From NCBI RefSeq assembly GCF_024521635.1, contig NW_026250437.1, forward strand, positions 1 through 64,000: a DNA stretch of 64,000 nt, given 5' to 3'. Below are positions 12,969-26,400 of this stretch, piece after piece. Position numbers and translations under genes: made by a program. How positions within the stretch are numbered: position 1 is the stretch's first letter; the number at the start of each line of letters is the position of its first letter. The notes beneath the pieces are model-generated. The model saw nothing but the letters and a program-made list of their open reading frames with translations. It ran no database searches and was not told where the DNA came from. Origin of the DNA: Tricharina praecox (lineage: Eukaryota).

Positions 12969-14635
12969 TTAACGATTGTGTGTCTTGAAGTGATCACCCG
13001 TGGCAACAATCGCGTCCGCCATCATGGCACTCGACAGTGCGTCCATGCCCGCATACCAGGCGCCCATCCTCGGCGAGCCTTCCCACAGCTCCGACAACGT
13101 CACCCAGTCGCCCTTACAGCGACCCTCCCAGCCCGGGAAGCACCGGATATTCTCCATCTCCTCGTCCCACTCCTCCGCTGTATCGGCTTCCCACACCTTT
13201 CGTGCTGCCGGAAGCAGCACCGCACCGAGGCCGTCACATAGCAGCGGCGACAGTCCGTTGCGATAATGGAAGAGCCGATCGAGTAGGAACACGGTGATGA
13301 AGGTGCGTCGCTTACTCTCGATAAACAACCACGTATCCCAACTACTGGCGGTATCGGGCAACGGACCAGTCTCGGGGACGAAAAGCCCACCGAACCCGAC
13401 CCTTGCCGCGCATGTCTCCAATCCGTGTACATCTTTCATGTCCATGTCGTTGTCGAACAGTCGCAACAGCCCGAGGGTCACCAGCGCTTGGAAATTCTCA
13501 AGGAGCGGCCAGCCTTCTTCGCCGACGTGGTTGATGATGGATTTCTCTAGACGGCCCCACTCGGCAAGGATCATGGACGAAACAAATGTCTTGTTCTCGG
13601 CAGATTTGACGGATGTCATGTGGACGAGGGCTGTGACGTTTGCAAGGGGCTCGGCCCGCTTGCCGGGGAGCAGACGTCGTCGGTGGATGAACGGAGGGGC
13701 TGTTGTTGGCTTCTTGAGCAGTCCCGGGAATGAGGCGAGGAGGCGGGTAACGAGCTCGACTTGGGGATATGCGTTCGACGGAAGCGTAGGCTGTCGTGTG
13801 ATGAGGGAGTTCTGATCTGACGCCTGAGAGCTATGCGAGAGGCCGACGAGTCCAAAGTCGCACGAGGAGTCCGGCGAGGCAGAGGAGGACGAGTGCCCCA
13901 TCGTCATTGTTGGAGTGTTGATCTGTAGAGAATGACTGGGAGATGTGCTGAAATCATTTGGGCTTGGTTGTCGTCGGATCAGCTGTTGCGCTTGAGATTG
14001 CGCAGGACACGCATCACCCCATCCAAACATATCTCCGTTCATACACGTATTCATATCAACGTCTCCCAATAGCATCGGATCTGTGAATCCTAGATCGATA
14101 TGGTGATCATTATCGGGCGACGAGTGCTGTAACGACGCGTGCTGTTGGTGTTGGTGTTGCTGCTGCTGCTGTTGTTGTTCCTGTGGAGTCTGTTGGTATG
14201 CATACTCGCAACCTCCAAGACTCTTGCTTCGGCAGCGGGTGCATTGTGGTCGTCGCTGGTCGCACCGCGCCTTTGAGCTCGCGCAGTGGTTGCAGCTCTT
14301 CTTTCGCGGAATCACGTCTTCCGGTCGCTTCTTGCGACATCGTCTCGTATGGCGGTCGCGCGATGTTCCTACGCATCGCGACTCCGATTAGCGCCACTGC
14401 AAGGACTGGAGGGGGAGATAGGCGGATCTGATTATTCCAACATACGCTTTTCGAAATTCTTTGAGCAGACAGTGCAAGTGAACACTTCGGTGGCTGCGCC
14501 AGAGGTCGGAGGGGAAGCCGACGAGGACGGCGAGGTAGAAGTCGGGCCGGTTTCTGCAGCGCCGGCGCTGAGAGGTGGCGACCGGGGAAGACCGCCATTC
14601 GTGTGCTGGTCATACACCGCGGCAGCGGCAGCCAT
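12969..14635 (-). CDS. Transcription factor with N-terminal C2HC zinc finger and Zn2Cys6 cluster (~529 aa; exons 14635-14446, 14368-12969)
   Basis: Zn2Cys6 cluster CNHCASSKARCDQRRPQCTRCRSKSLGGC, a polyQ tract, and C-terminal PPFIH and WDTWLFIESKRR motifs. Intron 14445-14369 (GTATGT...GCTAAT...TAG) completes CTVCSKNFEKRTSRDRHTRRC. Confidence 0.9.
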
Positions 14636-15758
14636 AGATAAGTCGGTGCGGTAGCTGAAGCTCGAACTCGCACGCTGAGCAGTAGCAGCAGACTGCACTA
14701 CGAGAACCATAATTCACACGCGATATCAGATATGTTTGGGCGGCTCGCAGGTACCGTTAGCTGCGACGGATTTTGTTTGCGCCGGTGTAGGTAGATACAA
14801 GAGGTATCGGAGTCCCTTTGCTGTTCTGTTTCGTGCGGTTCGAGCTGGGTGGGAAATGGAGATGGCGAACATGCGCGGGAAGAAGGGGGGAGAGACATGA
14901 CACCGGAACTCCGGTGACATGGTGCGCACGTCGTTTGTAATTCCCAGAGTGGCTTGCGTAAGCAGAATATGGAGACCGGAGGAAAATCATGGACGCTGGA
15001 GGTAGGGGCAGGGCAACCCGGACTCTTTGAGGAAAGGTGGCGAGAGTGGATACGGCAACGTCGATCGATGAAGGTGGGGGTGGGGCGAGGGGGCGGCTTG
15101 CTAGAGCAATCACATCGGTTGCCTACGCGAGACTTACAGTTGCATATAATCTCACTCGCTATGAAGGTCCGATCACGTCTGACCATTGCAGAACTGACAG
15201 GAAACGGCGGATTTCTGGAAGCCATAGTCTAGTATATAAGGCGGGAGGCGACAATACTATAAACTGATGTCCACTCTCTCTCCCGACTGACCACTATCGT
15301 TGTGCGTCGTGGATGCCCAGGCAGAAGATGGGAGAACTGGGTCGCTGCCTCACGCTGGTTATCCCAGGCGGCAAAAACATAATAGATACCCTCACAGTGC
15401 GTCTCACGCCGTAGTCTAGGCTAGGACAGGCTGTCTGCGGGTAATTAAGACATAACTCCACCACCCCCTGACTGGCTGCCCATGGATAGGTACTTACCGG
15501 GGTGAATGGGCTCCTTCATCTCGTGAAAGAAGCCCACATGGAATGGCAGTGTTGCCTCACATCAAAAAACTGCGTGATGGATGGGAGGGCCATCTCTGTC
15601 GAATCAGTATCATTCATTGTATAGTAGAATAGGTACCCATTGCTAAGTACACATGGTATATTCCCCCGCGTCATCTAATAACCAACCCTTCCATCTATGT
15701 ATGTAGTATGTATGCAAGCCAAACAGTCCAAGAGAAAGAAAGGAAAAAAAGAGTGCAT

Positions 15759-17401
15759 CTACATCCTCCTCCCACGTCCACCCCTCTCATCGGCCTCATT
15801 CCTTCTCCACTCTCTCAGCGCCTTGGTTCCCTGCCAACCTTCACCGCCTTCACACCTCTTCTCCCATCCGCCGAGTCGAATCACCAGGGCGGTGGCATTA
15901 TCCCCGACCTCACCAACTTCATCCACAAACTCGACCAGATCCCGTGCCGCCTCTTCGGGGGTACTGCACTCCTTAACGATATCGACAATCTCCTGATCAC
16001 CGAGAACAGCACTTATCCCGTCGCTGACCAGCACGGCGAACGCGTACTCTCCCGGTGCGAGCCGCCGCGCGTTGATGTCTGGCTCGGCCGTGACGCCGAG
16101 GCGCTTCTGGCCAACGTCCCCGACAGCACGGGTGTTGGCGAGGATCCCGAAACGCTCTTCGCCGAAGGCGTCCGAGACGAAGGCGGTTGCGTAACGACGA
16201 AGACGCGCGGACTCCGAAGGGGAGGACGGGTGATGGTTGGTGGTTAACGGGGAAGCCAGGCCGTCGGACACTCGGCAAAGCAAGGCGCGGGTGTCGCCTA
16301 GGTGCGCGGTCACTATTGTTGATGTTTGTGATGGGTGCCAGTAGGGCTGCGAAGTACTAATCGCCGAGTTAGTTACTCTATCACATCGCGACAAGTGTAT
16401 GCGTGAGGGGGTCACGACTCACAAGGGGGACAGCAACACAATACTGGCGGTTGAACCGCCCTTGAACTTCGTCATCTTCTCTCCGGGTGGTGGGGCGGGA
16501 GTCTGCGAGCCTTCCTCGGCGGGCAAAAACCACGGCCTCGTCCCAGTGATGAAGTCATGATCCGCACGCAAAAATGCATACATGAGCACAGCCTCAATCC
16601 CTCCATCACCGTCTCTAAATCCACAGCCGCGCAAGCCGCCAAAGTCGGGCTTGAACCGCCGGAAATAACCTCCCACATCTTTCCACGTGTTCACGAGATC
16701 CATCTGCATTTCTGCGCGCTTTTCACGCCCGGCTCGTTGCTCGTCGGTCTCCTCGGCCCGACTCGGCCGGGGTTCTTCGGGAAGAACTGCGCTACGAATT
16801 TTATTCGAGGGATTGAATAGTTTAGAAGACTCCTCGATATACCGGTGCAGATAGTCCTTGAGGAATACACTGGCCGCATCCCCGCCGTGGCCGTCGAACA
16901 CTGCATAGTAGAATACACTTGGCTCGTGTCCTGGCACTACACCAACCGGCCTGGGATCGGTGTCCCTCACCTGCGAGAAAGGCGGGATCTCTATGACACC
17001 GGCTTGGTAATTATCCTCGTTTTGCGGACGTGTTCCCCGTGCCCGGGTGGCGCCGAAGTGATGCTTTGCGGAGCGAAGTGGAATCCGTACGGTCGTTGTG
17101 GCGCGGTCATTTTCGCCATCCTTGCCACCCTCCTGGCCCGGCCTGCGCACGCGTCAGTTTCCCATCGTGCCTGATTTACGGAGACGAGGGACTACACTCA
17201 CTTCTTGGTTTTTGGCGGTGGAGGGTCAGGATGTAAGGAGCTCCCAGGAAGATAGGCCGTAAAGTAATCTCGGAAACCACGACGCTGCTCAGTCCCGAAC
17301 TGCGCCTGTTTGCCAATACTTTCTCCGACCCATGCACCGGAAAGAAGACCGTTGCCATATATTGACGGTATTCTATCCGATACTATGCATTCCCGATGCA
17401 T
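15759..17401 (-). CDS. PTC6: Type 2C protein phosphatase, mitochondrial PTC6/Aup1-like (introns 17201-17143 and 16422-16357; 5' end uncertain)
   Basis: PP2C motifs RGTRPQNED, VFDGHGG, GGSTA, AHLGDTRALLC, LANTRAVGD, VLVSDG and GDNATA. The segments RIPLRSAKHHFG and DAFGEERF resemble fungal Ptc6 as I recall it. The only in-frame ATG seen is at 17401, although the frame stays open further upstream. Confidence 0.85.
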
Positions 17402-20400
17402 GCCACTGCCATGCTGGAAATTCGATACTCGGGCCGGCGACAAAGCCGATATGCGAGACGACACCGATGGATCACCGGCCCGGTACAAACACTCCGGGAC
17501 GACATTGTGACGGTGATCTCTTGCACTCCCGCCGTCGAGCTGCGAGGTACTCGAGTGACTCAGAGTCGCAGTGATTCGTAATGCATCGATATCTGCCGAG
17601 GGCGGCGGTGAGCGGAGGTATTCTCTGGCTCCCCTGTCATTTGTAGACGAGAAAAAGCGCGATATGTAGACTACACGTTGCACGACAGCATTAGTATGAA
17701 TCTGTGATGGACGTAAACTCCAAGTAAGGCAGTGTGTGCAAGGCTGAGGAGATAGATACGAGTGACGCAACAGGAAGTGATAAGAGGAACGCAATAGGAA
17801 GTGTTAAGAGGCGCGCAAGCGACCCTGCCTGTGGAGCGCGGATGCAGACTACGTGCGGGGGGTTGAATCTCCGCAGAGCTCTGGAAGGGAAGGTGGTAAG
17901 CCAGTCAACCAGGGGGAGCAGCGCTTGCTTATGCGTGCTGATACCGGAGCGGTCATAGCAACAGGTTTTGGCACCTGCGTGAGAGGGAATACTCGTATCA
18001 TGAATGGCTCGGGTAAATGATGCTCCGAGTGCGACGATCATATCTCATGCATTGTTCAACGGTGGCACAGTGCGAGGGAGGGTGGTGTGATGGATCCAGA
18101 ACGGATAAATATGAATCCGGAGCCGTGATGGCAATGTGGCGATTGATAGGCCATGATGCAGGAAGAGGCAGCGGAGGGAGAGGGGGGGGGGATAGAAGCT
18201 TCGGAAGGAGAGGCAAAACAAGAAAGTCCGGGGGGCCCGGTACCTCTGTGTATACGACAGACGATGCTCCATGCCATGCTCCGTGTGGTATGTGGTGTGG
18301 GGTGTGGTGTGGGGTGTATGGTGGGGTGTGGGGCGTGACCTACAATACGTATCGGGGAGTCCCCAGGAAGTAATTGGCTCGTCGCCTCTCAGCTGGCGGT
18401 GGTGGCGATGATGACCTGCTGCCGCTGCTGTTCCTCCTCTTCTCCAAAACCCCACAGTTGTCGCTGCTGTTGCGGGGCTCGCCATTCGCAGCCGATGAAG
18501 AGACTGATGGCGGGACATGCAGGGCGCACTGGAGGGGTTTCCGAAGCAACCCTTGCAGCTTGCAGCTCTGCACCGTGCGGGAGTGCGTCCGTTCCGTCTC
18601 GGTTTCTCGAGTTGGGTGGTGGTGGGTATCGAAAGTTACAGCGGCAGTACGACGGGAGATGCGATTGATCGGGAGAACAGTTCGCCGGTGTCTTGTTTTT
18701 CGTAGGTGCCGGATCACTACTGGTGATGTTTCGCTGCGTATTGCGCCGAGCCCAGGGGTTACTGTCGGATTCGCACGAAACGGGGATGCCGAGCGTGTGT
18801 CGCCGTCGTATGGTTCCGGGTACGGATAGGTACCCAACGCTCTGCCGATCTTCCTCCGCTGTGCCGTGTTATACGATTGAAGGTATTCTCTCGTTTCTCG
18901 GGCGACAATCCAATCCCAATCCGAAGCAAACAAAGCGGCCACTAAGAAGTTACTATCAACTTTTCGATACTTGCGACGTCAGTTTTCGTGTGCGGGACAG
19001 AGCGGTGACAGTCAGTCACCGTATCGTATCCTCTCCCCATTGCATCGCGACCTCGGGGTCGCCGCGGGTCGCCACAGGTCGCCCGGGTCCCTCCCACAGA
19101 ACGACAGCAAGCCAAAGTAGGTATAAGGTAACGGTACATTACGGTCGGCATCCCCAAAATTCAATTGGCGTTTCCTGATTGAGCCTCACTGCCGTCGGGT
19201 CGTCTGGTCCGATTGCTGGTCTGCTGTGTCGGCCGTGCCGTGTCTCGTCGCGCGCGCGTCGCAATCGAGGGATGAGATAGGTAGATGGAGGACAGATGGC
19301 GGTCCGTACGGTACTGTACGGTGCAGTGTATGGTATGGTGGGGGGCGGATCAATCGCGTGCGCAAGAAACGGATCAAAGCCGTCCAGGTGTCATGGATTA
19401 CGGATCGATACGTAGGCGGCTGAAGGGGGGGATCGACACGAGTCGTGGGCGGTCTCTATGGTAAATTACCTGCACCAATCACGACCTCGATGTTCAACCG
19501 AGCAAGAAGAGAGATGGAGATGTCGGTCTCGCAAAGCGGACCCTTCCGCGGCTGTGTCGGGAGCTGGAGCGGGGGTTGGGGCTGGAGCGGGGTGGCGGGG
19601 GGACGCGGGGGGACCTGTGAAGATGCGGAGAAAAGAGTTGTACTCTAGATGGAGGCCCCGAGATAACTACCGATCGTGGGATGGGAAAGAGTCGGCCTTC
19701 AACCGGGTTGCGCGTCAACTGTACCCGAGAAATGTACCGTCCTTCCTTTCTCCTCGAGTTCTTCTCGATATTCGGCAGAATTTTCTTTCCTTCTATTCTG
19801 TTTTTCTTCTTTTCCGCCTCGCGTTCCGGCGGAGGATCCCGACTTCGCTAGGCTGAAGATCAGGCGAGAAGTGTGACTGCTTCGCCACTGACGCCACATG
19901 CTTGTGCCACCAGGGCAGAGCGTTATGCAACATCACCCGCCCAGAGCAATTGCAGGCCAGAACAAAAACGTGGATACATGTTCGTCCGGCAATCGCGATC
20001 GATGGGGACGCAACGACGATTGAACGAGAGAAAAAATAATGAGTGTGAAAATCTCGCGAGAAGACAATTATCCATGTATGTGTAAATTTTAATGGCTACT
20101 TTCAGTTCGCGAGAAAAGAATTATGTACATTCAATGGCCACTTTCAGTATGTACAAAGGTACGCACGGAAAGAACTCCTCCTACGTATCTACAGGCTACC
20201 TATAATATCGGGAATCACTATACGGCCAAAGACGCAATAACTCCCACTCCCACCGCTCGATTACGAACCTATCGTCAAAGCCGCCTCCCTAACGAGTGCC
20301 CAATTTTACGAACAATAGGGGTGCTGTGTGGCGGCATATGGTATTTCCGGCAGGTTGACCGTTGTGCCTACCAAGTTACCAACAGCCAGCCAGCCAGCCA

Positions 20401-23400
20401 GCCAGCCAGCCAAGCCCCCCCTCGCTCCTCCGCGCTCGTGTCCGACCAAACTACCTCACATTGCCCCTCGCTCCTATGGGACCGATACGGTAGCATGGAA
20501 AGGGGAGGACCAGTCGCTATTCGCCACCGACCGCAGACGCCGCCGCTGCTCCTCCGCCGCTTCTCGTTCGAGGTGGTTGTGTACGGTACGCGCGCCAAGC
20601 TCAAGCGCAGGCTGCACTGATCACGGAGGTTGTACATACATACCGAGGTAGGTACACTTGTGTCCCCATCATCATCATCGACATCATCATCATCGGCAGG
20701 AAGGCTACCAATCCGCAGCTGAGCTGAGCCAATTACCGTATCTCAGCCCCGTCTTTCTACTCCTCCTCCTCCTGATTCTGCTCCTACGGATCCGACCTAT
20801 CAGGGTTCGCACACGGAATCACCGAATACATATCTGTACCACATGGCAGAGCCAAGAAGCACAGTACCGTACAACAGTACAACAGTGAGTCGGTTCGATT
20901 CGAGCGCTATACATACACATCTACACATCTACGCACCTCGGAATAAATAAAAATACATATGTCATGGCTCATACAGTACAGGCTGTTGACCGTACAGTCA
21001 TTGGATACCGACGACCGTACTACTGTGTTGCAGTGGCTGGTATGTAGATTCTCTTATGTAGCAAAGCACAGCCCCAGCGAATACGAACCGAGCCCGCCTA
21101 CTAACTGCACGCAGAAATGGCCCATTCATCCCATCGCATCGGAATGCATCCCTCTCTTGTGGTCCATTGGGCGGGGAGAGGCTTTCTAGAAACGCCTTCG
21201 ACGTCACGGACATATATATGCACGGTAGTTAGCCTGTAGCCTGTAGGTATATATGTAGGTTGGTAGTCGAGTGTTTCAAGGGGTTATCTATCTGGATTCT
21301 AAGTATGTAGGTACAGTACGTATCTCTACTCTAACTACTATGTTAAGAACCGAAGGGTGTGCACCGTGGGGGTGGGGGCTGCCCCTGCCCGTTAACCAGC
21401 CAGGCAGCCAGGCAGCTGTCAGCCAGCCAATAGGAGAAATTGCGCGACAAGCGGCCACGGTATGTAGAGTAATACCGTACATGGCAGCGACGTCTAGAAC
21501 GTTCAAACTCACCGACGACTATCTACGGTAGTTGCCGTACATATGACCGGCGGTGTTCTGGTCCTCCTCTGTTCGCTATCGTCGGAGGTAGTTGGATTAG
21601 TTGGAGTACATACGGTAGGTATTCTGACACGGCGCATGTGGGTACAATAATAGACCGCCGCTGACGGGTAAGTGTTTTCCCTCCCCACCCCCCGGCTCCC
21701 GATCCCCGCCCCCAGGCACACGCCGGACCCCGGGGTTCCAGTGCTCCCGTCGGCTTCGGATCGCCCTAGTTGGGTACTAGGAAACACGGAGGGTACCGGC
21801 GCCTTCCCGGAGAATTGTTTCTAAGTGGGCAGTGAGCACGGACGGGTACCTTAGGTACCGATGTGATATTAATGCGGGTGATCGCCAGCAGCCGGCTGAG
21901 GCGAGGCGAGGCGCATCATAGGTTATACGCACGTACATACGTACCTATTCTCGGGGAATGTCAATCCTCTCCCCTCCCCTCCCCAGCGGAGAAAAACAAA
22001 TAAGGCGTGCATACATACCGTACACATCGTATTTCGCGATTCAACCCGGCGGGGGTTTCTAAAGAAATAGTAACATCTAAAACCATCTATCGGGTTCGCA
22101 ACTCGCGACTCGCGACTCGGACTCGCACGACGCCACGGCGCCCAATAATTGAGCAAATCTCCGTCTGCGTCTGCGTTTACGAGTGCAGAAAGAAAAGAAA
22201 AAAGAAAACTACAGGGTGGGGCGGGGTGGGGTGGGGCGATGACATCGGATTGAAGGAAGGAAGGGATCTCCATGCCTTGCTTATAGTACTTTCTACAGAG
22301 TAAGAAGTTTCTACCGCATTCGTTTCCTGTTCATATACTTGCTATCCCCGCTCACCTCGCCGCCTTACCGCCTGGGGCAGAAAGGTAAGAAAAGAAAAAA
22401 AACAAACAAACAAAAAAGGTGCCCTTCAAACCCCGTATCCCGCAGCCAGCCCAACCACCCGCACGGAAGAAGAAAATTCCACAGAATAGGTAGCAAAAAA
22501 CAGGCAGTTAGAAATCCACCAGCTTCCAGCACACAGTACACACAACAAGCTCTCGTCAATCCTCGGTAGCTACGCCTAGATCTAGGTGTCAGAGTACATG
22601 TACAGTACGTAACGTACAGTACACACACATAGACATAGCTACAGTGACGATCATCATCCCTGAACCATGTGAAGAATCATGGATAGGTTGATGCTCGTCA
22701 CTCGTGTACTCTACGTACCTAGAATATTTCACATGTATATTGAGATATACTCTACACATATACGGGACCAGGGGCCTATGTAGAGTGACATCTCGGCCAA
22801 TTGGCAGGCCCAAAGCAGTGCGGCCTTGGGGCTCCGGGCCACTAAGTAAATTAGCAAGTAGATGGGGCGCGGGGGAGTGGCGGGGGTGGAGGGGGACGGT
22901 GATCAATCGCGGTGGCCCATCCATGAGCAACGGTGAAAAGACAAGACTGCTGCCTTGCCAGCGAGCCCTGGCCTTACAAACTCTACATACCACTGCCCGC
23001 CTACTACTGCCTACACTGCTGCACCTGAAACCCTGCGTATGGCGTACGCCGTATGGCACAGTAATATTTTCGATTCTCGAATCGCGCACACAAGTGTAAG
23101 AGCTGGATTTGATCTGATGGATACTGTACTACAAGGCTTGCGGCTGTGGCTGGCATGTTTGCCTAGTAGTAGGTTGTGGAGTTGGTGGGTGAGGATCATA
23201 TTTTCGCACTCGGGCCTGGCCCGGCTTCCGGGAGAGGACTCTTTTGCGTGTGGGGGACGGGGGCGTCGACTAAGTGGCTTGGCTGCGCCACGTGCACTTC
23301 TTATTTCGAGTAGGAACTTGGCGGAAGCACATGTATGTACGCACCTTGCCCTCGCGCAGCCACCGAGCTGAGAAGCTGTCTACAGCGCATGTACGCACGT

Positions 23401-26400
23401 ACGTTCGGGACGTCGGCGGACGAGAGGAATCACGTGCTGAACTGAGTTGAGTGAGTAGTATGTAGTACATACCGCGAGTCAGTACCACCTCGCACACTCG
23501 CACCCTCGCTATCTCGCACTCTGTCCCTCCGTCCTCGCCGCTTTCGATATTATACCGTACTGTATCATAGCCTGCCCGCCAATATACTGCCCATACGCAT
23601 GCAGGGTATATCCTCCCATCTCGGAGCTCAGCTGTCGGACAACGACAACGACAACGACAATGACAGTGACAACGATAACCAGCCAGCCATGTACCAGCCA
23701 TGTACCAGCCATGTACCAGCTACTACCAGCTACCAGCTGCCATATACATACCGGCCACCATACCAGCTACTGCAGATGTCCTCGCCGTACTCGCTGTCCT
23801 CGCTGTCTTCGCCATGGCGCTCGCTGGCTGGTTCGGCCGAATGTTGCTAGTATTTTGGTATTCTGGTAGATACGGCATTGATGCTCGAAAGCCGAGATAC
23901 CTACTGCTTACCTATCCCATCATACCCATTCTGCCCATCCCATCCCAGCCTGTCGAACCTGTCTCTCGCCGGTGTCGATGTCGATGTCGATGACACCTGG
24001 GTATAGTACCAACTACCTAATTACCGCCGGTAACTGCAAAATCTGCAAAATCTGCAAAAAAATCTGCAATCACTCCGCTTCACTTTCACTTCCAGTCTTC
24101 CACTGTGAAATTCTAATAATACTTACGCACCTGCTTGACCCACGCGTTTCAAGAACTTTCAATAGATTGTAGTGGATTTGTAGATTAGTAGGTTGGGCGT
24201 GGAGACGCTGGCAGAGTTGGTAGAGTACAGTCAGTTGGTAACTAGGGAGAGCGCCCTCGCTGGCTTTCCGCTGCTATGTACAGCTGATGCTGCTGCTGCT
24301 TGCGTTATAAATTATTAGAAAAATTAAACCTGGCTCCCCCGGGCTTCCCCGAAATCGGAGAGAGCTTTGGTTGGCCTGGTTAGCCTGATTGCTATGTAAG
24401 TAATCAATTAGATAGTAGTAGTAGCAGTAGATCTGGAATGTGGCAGTACTGTGTTTGGAATGTGGCGGTGAAGTACGAGTACGGTGACGGTGACAGGGCC
24501 CAGCACGAAGCAGTGGTTCCTAGATCTGGATCTACCGAGACTCCGTCGTCGGGGGAGGGATGGTGTAACATCGAACTTCGAACGGTCTGAGGTCTCCGGG
24601 ACTGGGTATATTACTCACTCACTACTCACTGCTTCCCTAGGATATCCCCCCCGTCACCGTAAATAGTTGCAACTTTCACGGCAGCGGTCAGGCAGTGCGT
24701 GCGTGAATGTCAGCCATACATTCGCCTCGGTACATACATCCATACATCCCATACATCGGTGAAGAAAAGTTCATCCATCTACATATGTACATACCTACAG
24801 CCCCGAGCTGAAGCTGGCTGCAAGGCAAGGCAATGCAAACGCTGCTTGCTGCTTGCTTGCTGCTTGCTTGCTGCTTGCTGATTGCTGTTGTACCTATGGC
24901 CTATGATACATACACATGTCCATCTGGCTACTATGTCTACTATGTCAAAGATGTCAACTATAATCTATAACTACCAGCTACATACGTGCAGGTCCTGGTG
25001 CGGAACTCTATCTTTGGCGTGGAGGACTGGGGACAGACAGGTAGGCAGGCAGATTCGATCCGATTCGCATGGGATGGATGTGTGCGTGGATGGATGGACG
25101 CACGGATGAGTGGATGTATGGATGGATGGACGCACGGATGGATGGGATCCCAAGAACCAGGCGGCGTCTCGGGGGGTCGGGGGCCGGCCTGAGCTGGTAT
25201 TACAAGTCACAGATGAGTATAGCACCTATTGTATGGTGTTGGTGGTGGTATTCACTCAACAAATGTCAAACATGACCCGGCCCCCACAGACACGGAGGCA
25301 GGATGGGCGTTGGCGTTGGCATATCTCGAACACGGTAGATGGAATGGCCGGATGGATGGATGGTAAACCGTACACGATGGATGGTACACGTTGCACTGGC
25401 ACCGGCAGCGTTAACCAACCCACTGGACTGGATTGGAACGGGAGGACGATTGAGAGCACTGGATGGTGGTTTGTATGGTTTGTATGGTTTGTATGGTTTG
25501 TATGTATGAACGTGCTATGACTTGTGCTCGGAAATGTGTGTAGTATGTACACACATCCCCGAGGATCGAGGATCAACCTGTGATATCGTGGCGAAAACAT
25601 GGAGGGCCATTGGTACGTTCATAAAGACAGACAGATATACAGACGGACAGACAGACGTACAGACATACCGACATACCGACAGACAGACATGCACAGATAG
25701 ACAGATAAACAGACAATAGTAGCTGAAAAGTCTCACTCGAAGCTCCACCCCACCTCTTCACGTCCACGTCCCTGTCAGTCCGTGAGGGAGGTCGGAAGAA
25801 GCGTCATATTGCGTGCGTTGCGTGCGTTGGGGTTACATCCATCCATCCATACCATACACTCATACATACATATCATATATGCCTTGTCCCGGTGTCTCGG
25901 TCACAGCAGCGGACACGATGATAGTCATGATTAATCGCCGCGCCTCGAAAAAGCACAGGCAGGCAGGACAGTGGGGCGGATTAATCCTCCTGATATAGCT
26001 AAAAGAAGTTCCGGTCCTAGTTTCTGGTGGAATTCCAAAATATCCCATACTCCACTCCACTCAACTGCGGAGTCCGCCTTGGCGGGGTTCGGTGGATTCT
26101 TTGCATCTGCATCCATCCGTGACCGTGACTAAGGGCAGGGCTGATCCGGATGGATTCTCTCCGAGGACGAAGGTTATCTTCTAGCTACTGGCAAAAAAAA
26201 GGAAAAGGAAAAAAGAAAAAGGTCTCAAAAAGGACATGAAAATCCCATCAGGAAGAACCGCCGCCTGGCCGGGCCCCGGCCGCAGCAGCAGCTGTGCTTA
26301 GCGTAGAAGGAGAGGCAGAGAGGGAGAGGTGGAGAGGCAGAGGCAGAGGCGGAGACATAGACTACTGTGTCGTATCGTTTGTCGTCGTGGTTGCCTATGT

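Noticed and set aside
18045..18942. 157-aa and 200-aa minus-strand ORFs
   Set aside because: No recognisable motif, low complexity, and overlapping ORFs of similar length in several frames.
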